A stretch of DNA of 64,000 nt, taken from Octopus vulgaris (taxonomy: Eukaryota). The number at the start of each line of letters is the position of its first letter. The stretch's first letter is position 1. Made by a program: the position numbers and the translations under genes. The notes beneath the pieces are model-generated. The model did no database searches and was not told where the DNA came from. It saw only the letters and a list, made by a program, of their open reading frames with translations. The stretch covers positions 31,310,001 through 31,374,000 of the forward strand of contig OX597839.1 of assembly GCA_951406725.2 (NCBI GenBank). The letters run 5' to 3'. Shown one piece after another: positions 27,429 to 38,749 of this stretch.

Positions 27429-28027
27429 CTGCACCAGGCAGATGGAAGGCAGGAAGCAAAGAAAGTGAGACACATTTTAGGTTAAACAGAAACATTTATC
27501 ACATAACACTACGACTAGCAAATATCGTAAGATAGAAAGATAGATAGACAGACAGAAAGATAGATAGATAGCTGTTGCATTATATATATATATTCCTCCT
27601 ACTAACATGGAATGAAAACTTCTTATGATAGCATGAAATTATAACATTATCACTAAAGTTTTAGCCATGATTAGCACAAGCGAAACTGGTAGACTATGTA
27701 AATATATTATTTCATAAAATGTGAATATATATATATATATGTATATATTTTGTCCAATATAAAATTTCTGTACATTTTGTTTTTATGATTTTTACTACAT
27801 TTCACCATGTGGAAACATTTTTTTTACTGGACATTTTCACTATGTGTGTGTATATATATATATATATCTATATCTATCTATATGTGTGTGCATATATATG
27901 TTTATATATATATATATATATAAATATATAGATATATATATTTACTTGTGTGTAAGTGTGTATGTATATATGTGTGTGTGTGTATGTATATATGTATAAA
28001 TCCATTTACAAATGTTTGTGTGTGTGA

Positions 28028-28065
<38 letters not shown>

Positions 28066-28319
28066 CATTTTGAGGACCAGAAATGTGAAACTAGTTGTTA
28101 CAATGTCTTCTATAGAAAATATGAGACAAACATATCTTTACACATTTCAGTGTGTCTATCATATATCAACATTATTCTCCCCACCACTACCATCACCGTT
28201 TAATGTCCATTTCTCATGCTGTTATGATTTGGAGAGGCTGCTACAGTTGCGGGGGTCAGCATATTTTTAAGTGGGCTGCTCATTTAGATGATTCAGAAGG
28301 CTACATCTTAGTCACAGGG

Positions 28320-28525
28320 TTCCTACTGAAGACACAAAGCCTAAAATTTTGGGGGAAGGGACTAGTCAATTACATTGACCCCAGTGCGTAACTGGTACTT
28401 AATTTATCAACCCTGAAAGGATGAAAGGCAAAGTCGACCTCGGTGGAATTTGAACTCAGAACATAGCAACAGTGGAATACTGCTAAGCATTTCACCCAGC
28501 ATGCTAATGATTCTGCCAGCTCGCC
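28320..28525 (-). mobile_element. SINE family A copy
   Basis: Family A core; head abuts an (AAT)n tract. Confidence 0.85.
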
Positions 28526-30180
28526 TTCTTCAATAATAATAATAATAATGATAATAATAATAATAATGATAATGATAATAATAATAATGATTTTGTAACA
28601 TTAATTCTCTGGTTAGAGCTAATCCTCCTCCTCCCTCCTTTAACTTAGACCCCTATTTATCAGCTCCACCTCACCCCTACACCCTCTCCTCTGCCTTTCA
28701 TGCTACGTTCCTTTTGTCTTGTATGTTTGATGTCCAGTGCATCTGTGCTGGTCATTACACCAATAGCAACACCAATAGCAACACCAATGTCATCGGCACC
28801 TCAAGTGTTTCCTTTTCATCTTCTGAAGATAATTTCTCATCACACACAATTAATTGTCATCTAATCCTACCACATGAACATAATGGAGTGAAGGAGCTTC
28901 ATAATCCACCTCTCCCTTTTCCTCATTGCTATCAGCATTTGCTACATGATGTCAAGATGGAATGGTCAAGCAGTGCCACATGTGTGAATGGCATTAACAT
29001 CCTAAGATACAGTCCAAACACTTCACTTCACTTAGACTCCTCTCTTCCTCACCATTCTTTGTTTTAGGCCATGACCACCCCAGAGTATTTCATCTGAGTC
29101 AATGTAAGAGCTGCTACAGGATTGTATGATCTGCAAGACATAGCAGCCAAACCATTCTGTCTTGAACAAGAAAGAACACATTACATGGTGTAGTCGTAGA
29201 TATACTATACAGGGAGAAATAGACAAGATGGTCATGGTTGCTACATGTTTGATTTACGTAGGTCTGAGATACATGACAAGTCTATCAGTTTGGTCATGTC
29301 TGCTGCTTGTAGAAACCAGGGGCCTCCACACAGCAAACCCAACACATCTGGCATCATCACACATCTATTGATTATGTAACAGGATCTGGATTCGGTATCA
29401 CTGGAGGGGTGTCTGATCTGATTCCGTCACATTCAATTTTAGTTAAAATAACGGACAAGTCAGGCGATCTACGAACACAGCAAAAATGTTGTGTATTTCT
29501 GGTCCTAATGTAGGACTGGTGCACGTGTTCTCTGGAGGGAAACCGACAGCGTAATCTGTAGTACTGATTCTTGCCAAAGCCCTTAAAACAAAGACATTGC
29601 CTAATGCTGATGCGCATGGGGAAGACTTCCGGTGGCCAACTGGAAGTAATCCTATTCTGCGCATGTGCGCTGAACCTTACACAGCAGCATCACTACAATT
29701 ATTTTGGTAAGTTTCTTTACTATGAAGTGCAGTGTTACCTGTACATACTGCCACCTCTACATACAATCTCCTAAACTATCACCTGTACTTATTAGTCTCT
29801 GAGCACACAATTATTATTTTGCATGAAGCAGAATTCCTTCTGGGCTTTCCTGGGTCAGCCATGTTCTGAACTTCTTCCAGCCAAAGCCCTTAAAACAAAG
29901 ACATTGCCTAATGCTGTCCCCTAATTTATTGACTTTTCAAAACCATAGAAACAGTCTAAAACAATGGTTCTCAACCTTTTTAATATCCAGGTCAGATCCA
30001 AAACCTGGATTATTTTTAGGGAGCCATACCAGAAAAAGGAAAACACAAGTCAAATAAAAAAAAGTTTATTATATTTGTAGAGGGAAGACTGCCAGGGGCT
30101 ACTGAAAGGATGCTTGAGGGCCATGTGCAGCCCTTAAAGCCACGATTGAGATGTTTGTGTTACATAAAAAAGCTTCAATG

Positions 30181-30426
30181 TCTGGGGAGAGTCATTCTCT
30201 TTTGGTGCCTTATAATATAACACACTCACCAGTAAAATCATTTCTAAATTATTTCTAATTTTTCTAAAACCTTCGTTGCGTCTTGCAACCTTTTCAATAG
30301 TCAAAACTATTGAAAAGGTTGCAAGATGCAACGAAAATTTTAGAAAAATAAAAAATAAATAAGTGGAAATTTTGCTGGTGAGTGTGTTAAATTATAAGGC
30401 CCCAATAGAGAATGACTCTCCCCAGA
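30181..30426. mobile_element. Foldback/MITE-like palindrome
   Basis: Arms of about 120 bp (tctggggagagtcattctct...agagaatgactctccccaga) around a 4-nt loop at 30302-30305. Inner 30 bp match 29/30. Confidence 0.85.
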
Positions 30427-30966
30427 TTCAACAGAATATGCTTCAACACACGAATTCACATAACGAATCTTGCAAACCAAATCCCAAAACAAAATTTCAA
30501 TGTTTCTATTTCTGTTTATCTGACTCCCTTCTCTCTGCTTCTGTTTCCCTCTTTGTCGCTCAGGGTGACAAACAGACAAATTCCCCTCTTTCTTTATGTG
30601 TCACTATCTTAACCATTATTAGTCCCAACTGCTATATAATCTACTATTATAAACTACCTTTTTTCCCCTTCATTAGAAACTTGGTCACCAATGACCACCC
30701 CCGACGATCCATCCACATCCACTTGCCTTGCTTTACTTCTCAGTTCATATTAATACATCTAAATTGATCTACCTTCACCTAAATTGCCTTCCTACATCAA
30801 TAAGTGTGTATGTACATGTGTGCGTATATATATATATATACATTAGTCCATGGGTGTGTATTAGTATTAGTCTGCTTGAACACAAAACAAACAATAAACA
30901 AAACAAAAGAACAATGAACTGACTGGAACCACAAGGAACGGAGATGAAGAAGTAATTAATTTTTAC

Positions 30967-31044
30967 CTTTCATTTGCTTCATTGACTAATTGAGATAGTT
31001 GGCTGCCATCCAACTCCTCAGGCTGCTTCCGTTGATAATGGCTC
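30967..31044 (-). CDS. CAMTA: CAMTA exon M (SHYQRKQPEELDGSQLSQLVNEANE)
   Basis: Long pyrimidine tract plus aaccag acceptor, AAG|gtaaaa donor, 78 nt, phase 2 to 2. Completes the IQ-like QQRFRSHY. Confidence 0.85.
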
Positions 31045-32041
31045 CTGGTTGGAAGAAGAGGAGGAGGAGAAAGAAGAAGAAAAAAATAAACAACGATAAA
31101 AATAATATAAATAAAAAGAAAAGCAAAACAGGATATGTGAAAGTAAACACATCAGGTTGATGTTGTTGTTGGTGTTGTTGTTAAGCAACCCTCATCAATT
31201 CTGCCCCCAACAGATCTCTTTTATGAAGGCAACCAACCAAAAAAATAAAACGTGACCCCACAGGTCTTGAAAACTTGTTTGACAGTTTCATCTGTTGATA
31301 GTTGGTGAGGCCATACTGGAGCAATCAGGGCATGTTGGATCTAGTTTTCTATCGACTCTTTTCATACAAGTTCAAAAAGTGTCAGTTGGTGTCTGCAGTG
31401 GAGACTAATAAACTAGAAATAACACTTGGTTCTTTGCAACCCCATCGAATCAGAGCAGTTTTGAAGGCAACCCAACAAAGAGTCACCTTCATCATCATCG
31501 TTATAGTTTTAACGTCCAGTTCTCTATGCCTGCATGGGTCAGATGGAATTCATTGAGGTAGATATTCTATGGCCATATGCCCTTCTTGTCACCAACCTCT
31601 TTACAGAATGTACCAGGTACTTTATTTCATGGCACCAATACTAGGGACATCTCCAAGTAACTTGCAAGACAGGACCCTTAGACAAAGTGGGGGTGCTATC
31701 CTCATTATTGCAAGATGTATGTGTGCGTATACACACACACATATACATACACACATATACATACACATATATGCACATGTACACGCACACACAACAACAA
31801 GTGTCTTTCCCTTTCCGTCAACCATATTCACTAACAAAGCTTTGCTTGGCCTGAGGCCATAGTAAAAACACTTGCCTAAGGTGCTCTGGAGTGGGACTGA
31901 ACCTGAGACCATGTGGTTGGGAAGCAAACTTATTACCAAACTCACACAACTTTATTTGATAAAAATTTGTTGTGTGTCTCCCATATTGGTTAATTAACAA
32001 ATTAAAATAATTCTTAAAAGAGAGAAACCAATTAGTCTCAC

Positions 32042-32238
32042 CTAAATCTTTGTTGAATGATGACAGATGTGTTACGGCTTTTCTTGAGACGCTCGGGTTC
32101 TTTGTAGCTGCGATACTGATTTTGAATGGATGCATCCGTCTCACTCCGCGACTTCTTGTACCGCTTCTGTGCATAGTAACTGCGGAACTGACTTTGGATT
32201 AGTACGGCCGCTTGTGTCATTTTCTTGAAGTATGCATA
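32042..32238 (-). CDS. CAMTA: CAMTA exon L (YAYFKKMTQAAVLIQSQFRSYY...IIQQRF, IQ3 plus IQ-like repeats)
   Basis: ctctccag acceptor, TAG|gtgaga donor, 197 nt, phase 0 to 2. Confidence 0.96.
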
Positions 32239-32917
32239 CTGGAGAGGAAGAGAGGGAATCGGTCTTTAGTTGGGTTAGGGTTAGGGTTAGTTGGGGATTT
32301 CGTCTCAAATGGAAAGATTTTTGTTCTTCAAACTGGAAATTACAAATCTTCATCTTCTTAGTTTATAATTAATCATAATAAACAATGCAACTTCACCACT
32401 AAATAAAACAGATGTTAAGGTAGATAATGGGGTCACTAGATACTTGCTTGGACTACTAGAAATAGTAACCAGCTCCCCTCAAAACACAACTTAGTATTTG
32501 TTTTCTGTACTGGCATGGCTTGGATGGTTTGGCATGATCCAGGGTGCCGCAGGGCTGTGCTGAGTGCCACTGTCAGCTTCCAGATGACTTCTATGACAGG
32601 ATTCTCTGTCTAATGCCAAACCACTTTGCAGGGTGTAAAGGGATGCCTTTTTCATGCCACTGGCACAAGAAACAGGATTTACTAAAGGTAAATATTTGAT
32701 CCTAAAGAATGAGACAAAGGTAATTCCTGGAAAAGATAGGGAGCCTGACCAGAAACGTAAATGACAAAGTAGACTTGGTGGAAATTTGAACTCAGAATGT
32801 AAAGGGATGCAATTATAAAAATACTGGAAAGTATTTAGTCGGAGGCTCAACCGATTCTTATTGTGTGAGTTCACAAAAACACATTGCTGAAAGGCAAAAC
32901 AAATAATCTGAACACTG

Positions 32918-33134
32918 TGAGAGACAGAAAGAAGGAGAGAGAGAAAGAGAGAAGGAGAGAGACAGAGAAAGAAAGATGGAGAGAGAGAAAGAGAGAAGGA
33001 TAGAGACAGAGAAAGAAAGATGGAGAGAGAGAGAGAGAAGGAGAGAGACAGAGAAAGAAATATGGAGAGAGAGAGAAGGAGAGAGACAGAGAAAGAAAGA
33101 TGGAGAGAGAGAAAGAGAGAGACAGAGAAAGAAA

Positions 33135-33165
<31 letters not shown>

Positions 33166-33166
33166 G
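32918..33166. repeat. GA-rich minisatellite (about 40-44-bp period) just inside the intron after exon K
   Basis: gagacagagaaagaaagatggagagag unit repeated about 5-6 times. Confidence 0.9.
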
Positions 33167-33180
33167 ATAGTGTCCCCCAC

Positions 33181-33329
33181 CTGCTTATATCGGCGGTAGT
33201 AACTTTGGATGAGGATGGCTGCTTCTATTTCTTTTTGCCTCTGCTGCAGTAACTGCTGCTTATCTCTATATTGTCGATATGCATTTTGGATCACTTTGGC
33301 CGCTTCGTACAGCTTTCGTTGCTCCTGAT
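33181..33329 (-). CDS. CAMTA: CAMTA exon K ([21 protein letters not shown]...[16 protein letters not shown] motifs 1-2)
   Basis: ttgttgcag acceptor, CAG|gtgggg donor, 149 nt, phase 1 to 0. Confidence 0.96.
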
Positions 33330-33911
33330 CTGCAACAAGAAAACACCACCCAACACGGTTAGAGAGGACAACCACAAGGGGCTGCAGAGTAAAAAAAAAG
33401 GGTTGGTTTGCATCTCAATGAATCAGGGAGGACTCAAACTAGACTAACGATGCTGTTTAGGCAACTACTTGTGTGCCATAAGTCTGGTCAATCTATGTTT
33501 ACCAAAAACTCTACTCCAACAACAAACCCCTTGATCCATCAAGAGCTGAGAAAATATTTGATATATTTGACACACACACATATATATATATATGTGTGTG
33601 TATGTATATATATATATATACATACCCAAAAAATAAGCAACAAGAATGGATCGGTAATTTAGTACAATTGTTTCATACTATAACAATTTATTAAAGCTGC
33701 AAATATTACAGCAAATATAATATGTCAAGTAATCTTCAGCTAATTTCATATAGGTTTTCCAATAATGTAAAGTTCACAATATATATACATACATACATAC
33801 ATACATATGTATGTATACATTTATATACATATATGTATATACATTTATATACACATACATATATATATGCTCACATATGTATACAGACAGAGAGACACTC
33901 AATGAAATATT

Positions 33912-34122
33912 CTTTTCTACTCTAGGCACAAGGCCTGAAATTTTGGGGGAGGGTGCCAGTCAATTAGATCGACCCCAGTATGCAATTGGTACTTAATTTA
34001 TCGATCCTGAAAGGATGAAAGGCAAAGTCGACCTTGGAGGAATTTGAACTCAGAACATAAAGACAGACAAAACACCACTAAGCATTTCGCCCGGCATGCT
34101 AACGTTTCTGCCGGTTCACGCA
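33912..34122 (-). mobile_element. SINE family A copy
   Basis: Same core as 58169-58390; 12-bp TSD caatgaaatatt. Confidence 0.9.
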
Positions 34123-34326
34123 CAATGAAATATTGAGAGAAAAGCAGATTTCCTGTTAAATTATTCCGTCAGTCTGCACTTTGAAGGACAATCAGAGTAC
34201 AAAATCCATTATTTGCGAGAGGCATCTGACTGTCAAACATTTATCATCCTCGATGCAAGCCAGGAAGAACAAATTTTGAAAACAAACAACTGAATGAATA
34301 TTATATATATGTATATAGATAGATAC

Positions 34327-34505
34327 CTGATAATGTTAGCTGAGAGAAGTCCTTCTCCATGTACGTTGCTGGAGCATTGAAGTACTCTGTAAAATCAGCA
34401 GTTGTAGGTGGTGGAGAATCTATCTGGAAATATGGACTATAAGGACTGGGTAGACAGGTGGAGTCTGGACTGACTGATGAGGCAGGAGTACCCAGATCAT
34501 TATAA
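34327..34505 (-). CDS. CAMTA: CAMTA exon J (SPPPTTADFTEYFNA...MEKDFSQLTLS)
   Basis: cctttcag acceptor, CAG|gtatct donor, 179 nt, phase 2 to 1. Contains the conserved ExDFxxLTLSD motif; the ORF track shows a different frame. Confidence 0.93.
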
Positions 34506-35125
34506 CTGAAAGGAAAACGATTAGATTCATCATAGAAACACCTGAAGACAGACTCTCTTTCAAAAGATGCAACCTGTAAACAAATGAAACAAATATTGCT
34601 GAGAAACTACCACCCATTACTCATTAGTCTTTATTCCATTAACCATTACCTTTCATGGTCTATCTTTTACTTGTTTTAGTCACGAGATTGTGGCCATGCT
34701 GGGGTACTGCCCCGAAGAATTGTTAATCACATAAATTGACCCCAGGATTTATTTGTTTTCTAGGCTTGGTACTTATTGTATTAGTCTCTTTCACTGAACT
34801 GCTAAGTTATGGGGACATAAACACACCAACACTGGTTGTCAGGGAAAAACAAATGCATGATGGTGATAATGATGAGTATGTATGGTCTCTTCTGCTTTAA
34901 ATTATTTCAATTCTTCCTCCGAGGAAGGGGCCGGATTCCAACAAAGATACAAAGCTCCATCATTGCAAAGTAGATAATGAAACAATGCCACATTTTAAAC
35001 TCAAGAAAAGCCTTACACACTTTTGCTGTTGCAATTACAGATTGTATTTGTAATTAGTGAGTTAATTAAATGATGGATTTCTTTTTCTGAAAACCCCAGC
35101 TTATGCAGATTGTCACTTGGGCATT

Positions 35126-35555
35126 GAATATATAGAGAATACTAAACGAGTTCCCTATGGATACCGTATTTATTACAACGAGTGGCTTGTAAACGTATCT
35201 AACTCGCTTTCGCTCGTTAGATACGTTTACAAGCCACGAGTTGTAATAAATACAGTATCCATAGGGAATGAGTTTGGTATTTTATTTATTACACACGAAT
35301 AAACGACCATATTTTATTAACCCAATAACTAAATTCTTCACGTTTAGTTGTAACTTATGAATGACAAAAGTAGTGCCGTCACCATGACCTCAAGTCATCA
35401 CCATGGATTGACCAATCAGAAGCAGCGCTGTCACCGTGATCTCGGGTCATCACCATGGATTGACCAATCAGAAGCAGCGCTCGCAGTATCTGACATATGT
35501 TAGATACCAAAAATATCTCAAAGTGTTCTCACTCACATGTGTGTAATAAATGTAT
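35126..35555. mobile_element. Palindromic non-autonomous element, Crypton-like
   Basis: 70-bp hairpin (35138-35281) with tandem GA mismatches and a GCGAAAGC apex on the minus strand. 13-bp inverted repeat at 35284-35296 / 35539-35551. Internal 52-bp repeat x2 containing GACCAATCAG. Family call is from recalled similarity. Confidence 0.55.
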
Positions 35556-35885
35556 GTATCCACAGAATGGGCTTCTGTAGTGTGGGACTGAACCTGAGAC
35601 GACATGGTTGTAAAGTGAATTTCTTGACCTTAGACACATGCCCAAGAGACCAATGAAATAGGTACCTGTTGTGTACTGGGGTTAATGTGATCAACTAGCC
35701 CCAAATTTCAGGCCTTGTGCCTGTAATAGAAAGACTTAGTATTATTATAAACCACCACCAGTGGAATGTCTTGTGACACACCAGTAAAATGTTAGGGATT
35801 AAATGTTCCCATGATTCCACCAACGAAGCACCTTACCATGAAAATGGAAACAAAAGTGAAAGAAACGTTGTTGAAAGGGACTTAC

Positions 35886-36237
35886 CGATAATCTTCAAAT
35901 GAAAGACCATCACCAAGTGGGGTAGATATTCCAGAATCTTCCCCGTAAGATGATGCGATTGGAGAGTTCTGTGAGGCTAGGGAGCTATGAGAGCTGCTGC
36001 GCTCGCGACATATTTGCTCTGTTTCAGCAGTAGAATCGTCCCGGCTCGGGGAAGATTTTATACGTTCAGGCATAGCATCAATGATTTGACGTGCTAAAGT
36101 GACCATATGTTTCTTTGCTTCTTCGCTGCCATCTTCGCCCACAATTGTTCGCTTCTCATGCACTTTCAGTTCGTCATCGGAAGGTATGCGATCCCCATCG
36201 AGAAGGGGACTTTCCCCTTGATGAGATGATAGCTCAT
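35886..36237 (-). CDS. CAMTA: CAMTA exon I (HMVTLARQIIDAMPERIK motif)
   Basis: ttcttcag acceptor, TCG|gtaagt donor, 352 nt, phase 1 to 2. Contains the conserved TLAxxIIxAxPxRIK motif. Confidence 0.95.
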
Positions 36238-37221
36238 CTGAAGAAACAAACAATTACTATTAATATGTAACCGCAAATATTCGTTGATTTTTTTACATTA
36301 AGAACAACTTCAAAAGGAACGAATTAGCATCAAATACAAACGGATTCCTTAGGTTTTATTCCAACGTGAATTCTTCATCAAATATCAAATTTTTACTTTT
36401 AGTTAAAACTATGGCTTTGAATCTGACCAGGGTTATCTCTTTCCAGTATTTCCCATGGAAGAAGGCCAAAGGGTTAGAAATGCACATCTGGGAATCCAAT
36501 ACTGGGAAGTACTGGGCATAAATGGGGTTTTTACACCTTTTTACCATAAGTGAGAATTTTATCTCCATGGTAACTGCAGTGAATTTTTCCATTAGAAGTT
36601 AAAATGTGTCACAAACATAATTCAACAAACCCAAAGTTCATTTATTCCCAATCGATGATTAGTATTGATGTTGCTATATCGTTAACTAAATAATGTGTAT
36701 CCATCGCTAATTAGTACAGAAATAAACAAACAAACGAATAAATAAGTAGATAAAAAGATTAATATCAGACAACTTAACAAGGGATTCCCAGAATCAAATA
36801 TCACCTGTTTTGTCTTCATTGACAATTTAACACTTTCAGGATGATGGACTTAGTTACAACTATATTTAAATCTTTTAATTACTTTTCATTATAATTAAGA
36901 CTTTAGTTAGTGGAGGTTAGTAAAATGTACATAACATAATATTTTGATTGTCATTGTTGTTGTCAGTCCTTAATTAGTTCTGATTAACTTAATCTATAAT
37001 TAGAGACAATTCGGTCATGACCACCCAATCTTTTTTTAAGAGACTACATTATCTGAAATGTCCTTTTTCATAAGTCAATAAAACTGAGGTAGATTTAGCT
37101 GCTATTTTTAGCAGACTGAGTGTCAATATATTTTTGATGCTTATAACTGCTAAGCTACGGGGACATAAACATGCCTACACCTGTTGTCAAGCAGTGGTGT
37201 AGAATAAAGAGACACACACGC

Positions 37222-37254
<33 letters not shown>

Positions 37255-38077
37255 TACACCAAACCCACTCACAAGGCTTTGGTCAGGCCATGACGCTAGT
37301 CGCACAAGATACCACACAGTGGGGCTGAACCTGGAACCACATAGTTGGGAAGCAAGCTTCTTACCACAGTGCCATGTCAGCACCTATATACTGAGTCCTT
37401 TTGCATCATTTTCATGTTAGTAGAAAATATATTAATAATGGTGGTGATGCTGATGAAGTGAAAAATCCTGATTGCATTTATGTCGAAACAAGGATTTTCA
37501 TTAAGATTTCAATTTAAATATGAACAGGAAGGAAAGTAGCGGGGCAGGTGGCACAAAAGGGCTACAAACCATCTCAACCTGCACAATAAGAACCCTGCAA
37601 CCCTGTTCTCATGATTCTGTTTTAGGTTCTCCATGGCAGGTTAGGTTTTTAATGACACCTTTTAAAATCAAATTTAAAACACATGGGTTTATAACTGTTC
37701 TGGGCAAACTGAGGCCCATGGAACTTCCTCAATTGCCTGTCTAATGGAAAAGAAATTCCCTTGAATTTTTAGAGCTGTCTGGACCAGCTGATGATGAGCA
37801 ATGGTTTTTGTCACCCACTTCCTGGAAAAAGGTTGCTCATACTTGGTCTCTATGATGTCCCACCGTCTAGTTTAAAATTCAGGGGTTAACGAATATGGTG
37901 GACTCACCCCGCCACCTCATGATTAAACTCTCCTTGTCATTTTAACTCCTGGAATTCAATAATGTGATCCTAGTACCACTGTGTGTAAGGAACAAGACAG
38001 GATGGTCAAGGCTGGAATAAATCTCTAATGAATAAGTCAGCTGGACTTTGGCCAGGGTCAGGCCTAAATAACAATAT

Positions 38078-38710
38078 TGGTTTCAAGATTTGGCACAAAG
38101 CCAGCAATTTCGGGGGAGGGGTCACGTCAATTACATCATTGACCACAAAAGGATGAAAGGTAAGGTCAACCTCAGAGGGATTTGAACTCAGAATGTAAAG
38201 ATGGATGCAATGCCACAAAACATCTCACCCAGCATGCAACCGATTCCACCAGTTGGCTGCCTTTGTGTTTTTAGTTATATTGACTTCAAATTTTGGCACA
38301 AGGCCAGCAATTTCGGGGGAGGGGGTAAGTGGATTACATCAACCCTTGTGCTCAACTGGTACTTATGTTACTGGCCCTTAAAGGATGAAAAGCAAAGTCG
38401 ACCTCAGCTGGATTTGAACTCAGAGTGTAAAGACAAACAAAATACCATTAAGCACCTTGGCCAGCATGCAACTGTTCAAGAATTTGGACCTGGAGGTCTC
38501 TATTTCCAGCGACTTTGAGGGCCACCTCCCAGTGGTGTCGGGTGTCAACGAAGAGCCCTCGACTACAACAAGACAACCAAAGTTCTTTTTTTTTTCCAAG
38601 GTCTGGGGTCTCCCAACCCCTAAGCCCTAGACCATCACCTAATCACCCTTACCCATCTTGTTGCTTAACAACAACAAGCCAGCATGCAACCGATTCTACC
38701 AGCTCACTTA
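38078..38710 (-). mobile_element. Two SINE family A copies just downstream of the exon H donor
   Basis: Family A cores at about 38078-38240 and 38283-38710; the latter is interrupted by the 38473-38677 insert. Confidence 0.8.
38473..38677 (+). mobile_element. Short retroposon fragment with (AAC)n tail inserted in a SINE
   Basis: 13-bp TSD gccagcatgcaac at 38460-38472 and 38678-38690; ends ttaacaacaacaa. Confidence 0.8.
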
Positions 38711-38749
38711 AGGAGTTCAGTTAAATAAAGAAATTTGCAAAAGCCTTAC

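Noticed and set aside
32491-33180. C-terminal extension of the 294-aa ORF
   Set aside because: Read-through into the intronic CT-rich repeat past a good donor at 33181.
34420-34617. ORF and acceptor at 34573 as the start of exon J
   Set aside because: That frame stops at 34420. The acceptor at 34505 gives the conserved CAMTA peptide in the right phase.
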